Of a stretch of 36,756 bases of DNA, positions 12,001 to 18,000 are shown piece by piece. Each line of letters begins with the position of its first letter. Position 1 is the first letter of the stretch. The stretch spans positions 1 through 36,756 of the forward strand of contig DASVZD010000036.1 of assembly GCA_036391815.1 (NCBI GenBank), written 5' to 3'. The notes beneath the pieces were generated by a model, which made no database searches, had not been told where the DNA came from, and saw only the letters and a program-made list of their open reading frames with translations. The translations under genes and the position numbers were made by a program. Source of the DNA: Rhodocyclaceae bacterium (GTDB taxonomy: Bacteria; Pseudomonadota; Gammaproteobacteria; Burkholderiales; Rhodocyclaceae).

Positions 12001-15000
12001 AGCTGACCGAGTGCAGTTGGTCCGGCGTCCCCGTTACGGTGGTTCCCAGGGTCAGTTCCTGGACCTGCTCGGTAAACTGGCGCAACTCCAAGCTGGTGCC
12101 GTTCGCGCAGGCCGTGTAGTCGCGGGACAGCGTGATGTAATAGGTGCCGGCAATCGGCGCGGCGAAGCTCCCGTAGTTCTGCTCGTTAGAGTAGGCGCCC
12201 CCGGCATAATTGCCGTTCGGCCCGTAGATATCCCAACTGCCTTCGCCCGGACTGCGATAGAAGAGGGTTTGCCCGGCATCGAGATTGACCGCGAATAGGC
12301 GCGGCCCCGTCGTCACGATGTCGGCCTCGGGGGATACGACCGAGGCATGCAAGCCGTCTTCGATGCGCAGGGAAGCGTCGATGTCGGACGAGTTCGAGTT
12401 CTCGAAGCTGATTGCGTAGTCGCCCGCCGCCAGGAAGCATGAATTCGCGTAGATGCCCGGCTCATAGATGGAGCCCGTTGCCATCTCGTCCTCGAGCCCT
12501 TGAATCCTCCAAGGCGTATAGATATAGCCCGTATCTCCCGACACCGTGACGAGCGTCGCCTGCGCGAGCGTGAAGCGATACGTCAAGCCGCCGGGCGGAA
12601 TGATCGCGTCGATCGGCGCGCTGCCGAGTTCCAAGGTGTCGCCGGGCGGCCGCGTGTCTACCGGTGGCTGTACCGAAACCGTGAACTGATAGTCCACGGG
12701 GCCGGTGTTGCCGACATCGCCATCGACCAGCAGCGTGTAGCGGCCGGACTGCGTCACGCGGATGTTGCTGTTGCCCTCCCATCCATACCATCCGACGAGG
12801 TTGTTCGCGCTGTCGAGCAACCGCCAGGCGATGTCCCCGCCCTGCACGCTGTCCAGCGTCACGGATATCTTGTCGCCGGCGACCGCGTCGAAGCGGCGTG
12901 CGACGGATTCGCTACCGCGCACCAGCGTGCCGGTCAGCGGTACGCCGACGTCCGTGGGGCCTGTCTCGGCCTGGTCGAGCGACATGAGGCGGAAGGCGAC
13001 GTCCTCGGCGGTCGCAGCCTGAGCCGACGTATCGGGACGGAAGATTCGAAGGCGGTACGTCCGGGCATCGAGTCCGATCAGCCGGGTGCCGTATTGAGTG
13101 TCCGCGGTGAAATAGCCGCTGGCGACAGTCCATTGCGAAAACGGGTCGTAAATCTCGTACCGGAAGTTCGGCGAGCCGGCAAGCGCATCGAACATCACCT
13201 GCGTGGGAGACGGCAGCGAGAACTCGAAGTCGAGACAGTCGCCCGTGGCCGGGAAGGCCGTCGTCACCACGTCGCCGAGGGACATCGATGCCGCGCCAAT
13301 GGGTTGGAGCACAAGCGAGTAGTCCACGCTCTGTCCCTCGGCGCCCCGGCCATAGAGCACCAGCACGTAGTGCCCGGCTTCCAGGTCGTCCGTATCGCGG
13401 GCAATCCCGGCGTCGACGCTCTGAAGGCGGTAGCCGTCGCGATAAAGTGCCCAACTGAGTTGCGCCGGATCAGCGGTTGCCAGGTCGACGGTTACGCGCT
13501 GAGAAGACGCGAGATCGAAGGCGTAGGCGATCGCATCGCGGCCGTCGGCTAATACGGCGCTTGCCCCAGCCGGGTCGAGCGTGGTTGCGGCATCCAGGTC
13601 GAGCAACTGGACGCGGAAGGCGGTGGCGGCGGGATTGCCGGACGCGAAGGTCAGCGTGTATTCGCCCCCGGCGACGTATTGCGCGTCCGAATAGAAGCCG
13701 CTATCGGACAGGTTCTGCCACCCTGCCGGCACCGACCCGACGGGCGTCAGCCGCCAGCGCATGCCGGCATCGGAACCCGCATTCGAAATGACGAAGCGGG
13801 CGTTGCCGGCCAGATTCAGGCGGTAGCTGCGGAATGTGTTCGGTGTGTCGATCGTTGCAGCCAGGATGTCTCCCAGCGCGGCCGATTCCGTGATCTCGGT
13901 GGCACGGGTTGCAGTGAGCGTGTAGTCGATAGCCCCGGCATTGTCGATACTGTTATCGACGACGACGATGTAATCCTTGTCCTGGGATAGGGTCGGGATT
14001 TCCAGCGCCGAAGCCGGCATAGCCGGTGCGCCGACCAGTCCGCCGTTGGAGTCGAACACCCAGAGGCGGCCACCGCTTGCGGCAGTTTCCGCCGAGATGA
14101 ACCATGAAGTGCCGGCTGCTGCAGAAAGCCGGTAGAGCGCGGCGGCATGCGTTTCCGGCAGTGTCCCAGGGCTGGCGACGCTTTCCGCCAGATCCGCCGC
14201 ATCTGCGGCATCGAGCAGGCGGAAGCCATATGCGCCTGGAACGGTATAACCCGCGCCCGTGACGGCCAGCCGGTAGTCGCCGGCGCCGAGATCGAAGATG
14301 GCCGGCGAACGCATGTCGCCGCTGCGCAACGTCGTACCCGCAGCGTTCAGCAGGGACCACGACACGCCCGTGCCCGACAGGGCATCGAAGACGACCCGGC
14401 GGGAGGCGTTCAGGGTGAAATTCCATGTGTCGGAAAGCCCCTGCGCATCAATGCTTCCGACGGCATCGGTCCCGAACGCGAGGTCGCGTTCGTGGTTTCC
14501 GGATACCGCCACGGTCAGTCCTAGGTCCACGGCGGATGTGGAAGAAATGTCGGCTGACAGAATCAGATGGTAATGACCGGCGGCGAGCGATCGGGTGTAG
14601 TCGTAGCGGCTGTCGAACGAGCCGACATAGTTGCCCGAACTGTCAAGCAGGACGCAGGAAACGCTCGCCGAGGCCGCCAGCGTGCCGAACTTGTAGCTGA
14701 AGTACTGACCGGCAGCGACATCGAATCCGAAGATGCGGGTGCGATCCGCCGGCTCCAGCGTGACTGTGGACGCACCCACCGGCAGCGCTTGCGCCGCGCT
14801 CGCCACGTCGATCATGCGGAACGCGAACGGCTTGGCGGAGAAGCTTTGCGACGAAACCTTGAGCGCATAATGACCGGCCGTGGACAATGCCATCCTGATG
14901 TCATTGGAGGCAAAGCTGCCGCTACTGACGGAGCCGGACGGTCCCGTTAGTTGCCACACGAGGTCGGGATCGCTGCCGAGGCTTTCGAACATCACGATCG

Positions 15001-18000
15001 TACGGGCCGAAATGTCGAAGCTGTACGTATTCTCCTGGGCCGGCTGATCCAACTGATCGTCGATCCGCTGACCGAGCGGCAGGGCCGCGGACTTCGAGCT
15101 GTAGGTGCGGACCGCGAGGTCGAAGTCGGGTTGATCGACCGTGCCGCCGCAATAAACCAGGTAATAGGTCCCGGCAAGGAGGTTCAGGCGATTGAGGTTG
15201 TACAAATTGCCCGACGCCTGGACCTGCCCGAGTGCGTCGTAGACCCTCCAGCTGCTGTACGGATTGACGCCGCCTGCATCGAACGCGAGTTGGCCGTTCT
15301 CGGCGAGATCGAACCGCAGATACGCTTGCGAACGATCGTTCGAGGCCAGCGACATATGTGCCGCCGTATTGAGCGGGACGGCGACGATGCTGGCGAGATC
15401 GGTGATGCGGAAATGGAAGGAACCGAAGTTGAGCGAGTCGGCCGCGACGGTGAACTCGTAGTTCCCCGCCGGCAGCCGGAACAAGCGCGGCGAGTTGGAA
15501 AGGCTGTTGCCGCTCGCCTCGCTGCCACGCGGCCCCGATAGGCTCCACGAGAAGCCGGCACCGTCCCAGCCGTCGACGAGGATCTGGGCGGGGGCCGTCA
15601 GCGTGAAGCTGTACTTGACGCTTTCTGCGGGACGCGTAGTGGTTCCGCTCATGTCTTGCCCCAGCGTCAGCACGGCGTTCGTCGACGGCTTGAGCAACAG
15701 GTTGAACTTGGCGGTGCGTCCCGCTCCAGCTTGCGAGTAGTAGCTGGACGCGGGGTAGACCAGCATCAGGTACTCGCCGGTGGCCTGCAGCGCGAAGTCC
15801 GTCGTGTCGTTGGACGTAGAGTTCGAGAACACCAGCCTGCCGTAAGGATCGACAATCTTGCAGTAGCACAGCTCGTTGGTGCCGTAATAGTAGTTTTGAC
15901 CGTCGAAGTAGTAGTGCTCTCCCGCATTCCCGTTGAAGCGATAGAGGCGCGCTTCACCGGCCGGGAGGCTGTCGTTGACCGCCTCGCCCGGGATCAGTGC
16001 GACCGCGGCGTCGCGGTCCAGCACACGGAAACGATAATCGACTGCGGTGTCCTTGGCATTGCGCAGCACTAAGGAGTACTTGCCGGGTGGAAGCGCTCCC
16101 AGTATGGAAGCGCTGGTTGCCGTCGACCATCCGGCGACCGTCCCCTTCGGCCCGCGCAGCATCCATTGCACGTTGTTGTTGCCGCCCGTCGTGTCGAGCG
16201 AGTCGAACACCAGGCTCGTCGTGCGGTCGAGCGTGAAGTCATATTCGGCCAGGCTCTGGCGTCCGGCCAGAGTACCGCTGAGCTGGTCGTCGAAGACCAA
16301 CGGCGCGATAGAACGATCCTGCTCGCTCAGGGTGAAGGTGACGTTCGTGCTGCCGGACGCATAGTAGTAGCCTTCGTTGATGAGCGTGTACGTTCCCGAC
16401 GCACCGATGCCGTACGTCGTGCCGTAGCTATCGCCGTTAACCCCGGTAACCGCTCGACCGAAGGGATCGATGAGCGTCCACAGCGACGAATAACCTGAGT
16501 CGCTCCAGTTCAGGACAAGGTTGCTGCCCGCCGTCGCTTCGAATCGATAGCCCAGCGTGGCGTTGCTTGGCGTGCGCGTGGCCGTAACCTGTTGGCCCAG
16601 CATGAGCGATGAAAATGCCGAGGCGTCGAGCAGCCGGAACGAATAGGCTCCGCTGTTCCAAAAATACGTGTTCGAGCTTCCCTTCACCGTCAGCGCATAG
16701 TCCCCGGCCGGAAGCGCCAGGACTGGATTTGAGTACGAGGCATCGCTGGTATAGAGCTGCCGCTGGTCGACTTCCGTGCCGCGCGGCCCCACCAGCGTCC
16801 AGATGGCGCTGCTGCCATTCTGGTTCTGCGTATCCATCACCAGCAGCGAATCGGCGGTGAGCGTAAAGCGGTAGGTCTTCGTGGCATCCCAGGCCGCCAT
16901 CGTTCCGGAAGCGAGGGTTCCAAAAGCAAGCGCATCGCCGGCGGGCAGCGGGGTGGGCGCCTGGTTGCCGCTGGCGTTGAATTGCACGCTGAATTCGACG
17001 GCTGCCGTATTGGCGAGCGCCCCCTCGATGAGCAGCGTATAGTCGCCGCCGGTCGTCAGGACGAAAGCGGCACGTGCGCTGGCGAGGTTGTTGCTGCCCG
17101 CAACGTCGCGGCCGTAGCGGTCGATCAGGCGCCAGGTGGCGGAGCCGCCATTGACGCTGTTGCTCTGGAAGGCGATCTTGTCTCCGGCCGCGGCGGTAAG
17201 CCGGTAGGCCAGGCTGCCATTGCCCGGGGAAAGCGTTCCGGTGACCGGCACGTCGGTCGTGATGCCGGCGGCCGAGCCGAAGTCCAGCAATCGGAAGGCG
17301 AACGAGCCGGTCGCGCTACCCTTGCCCCGAACTGTCAGGCGATAGTTGCCGGCGGGCAACGGCAGGATGCCGACGCCGGTGCCCTCGCTCTGATCGAAGC
17401 GGCGATCCGACACTTCCGTTCCGCGCGGACCCGAGAGGCTCCATTGCAGATCGGATCGATTGCTGAGGCTGTCGAAAGCCAGTTGCGTCGATGCCGCGAG
17501 GGTGAACGAGTAGACGATCGCTTGGCCGGCAGTGTCGATGTTGCCATCCGCTTCGGTTCCGTCGGCGGTGATCGACTGCAGAACGTCGGGGACTTTGTTC
17601 AGTGCGAACCGGTAGCTGACTGCCGCATCGGCGGCGTTGGCTTCGCTGCCGTCGATCACCAGCCAGTAGTCGCCCGTCGCTTGCACCGTGACCGGGTCGA
17701 CAGCAGTCATGAGCGCCTGGCTGGCCAGCTTCGTGCCAAAGGGATCGATGAGACGCCAGTTGACGCCGCCGCCGGCGACGGCGCGACCATCGAAATAGAC
17801 CTTGTCCCCGGCGGACAGCGAAACCTTATAGAGCTGCGACCCGCGGGCGTTGTCCAGCGTTGCGCTGACTTCGGCGCCGCTCGCGAGATCCTGCGCGCCC
17901 GCGGCTGTCAGAAGACGGAAGCCGTAGCTTCCCGTCGTCGCATAGCTGGCATCGACGGAAAGAGTGTAATCGCCGGCCGGCAGCAGGAAGCGCTCGAAGC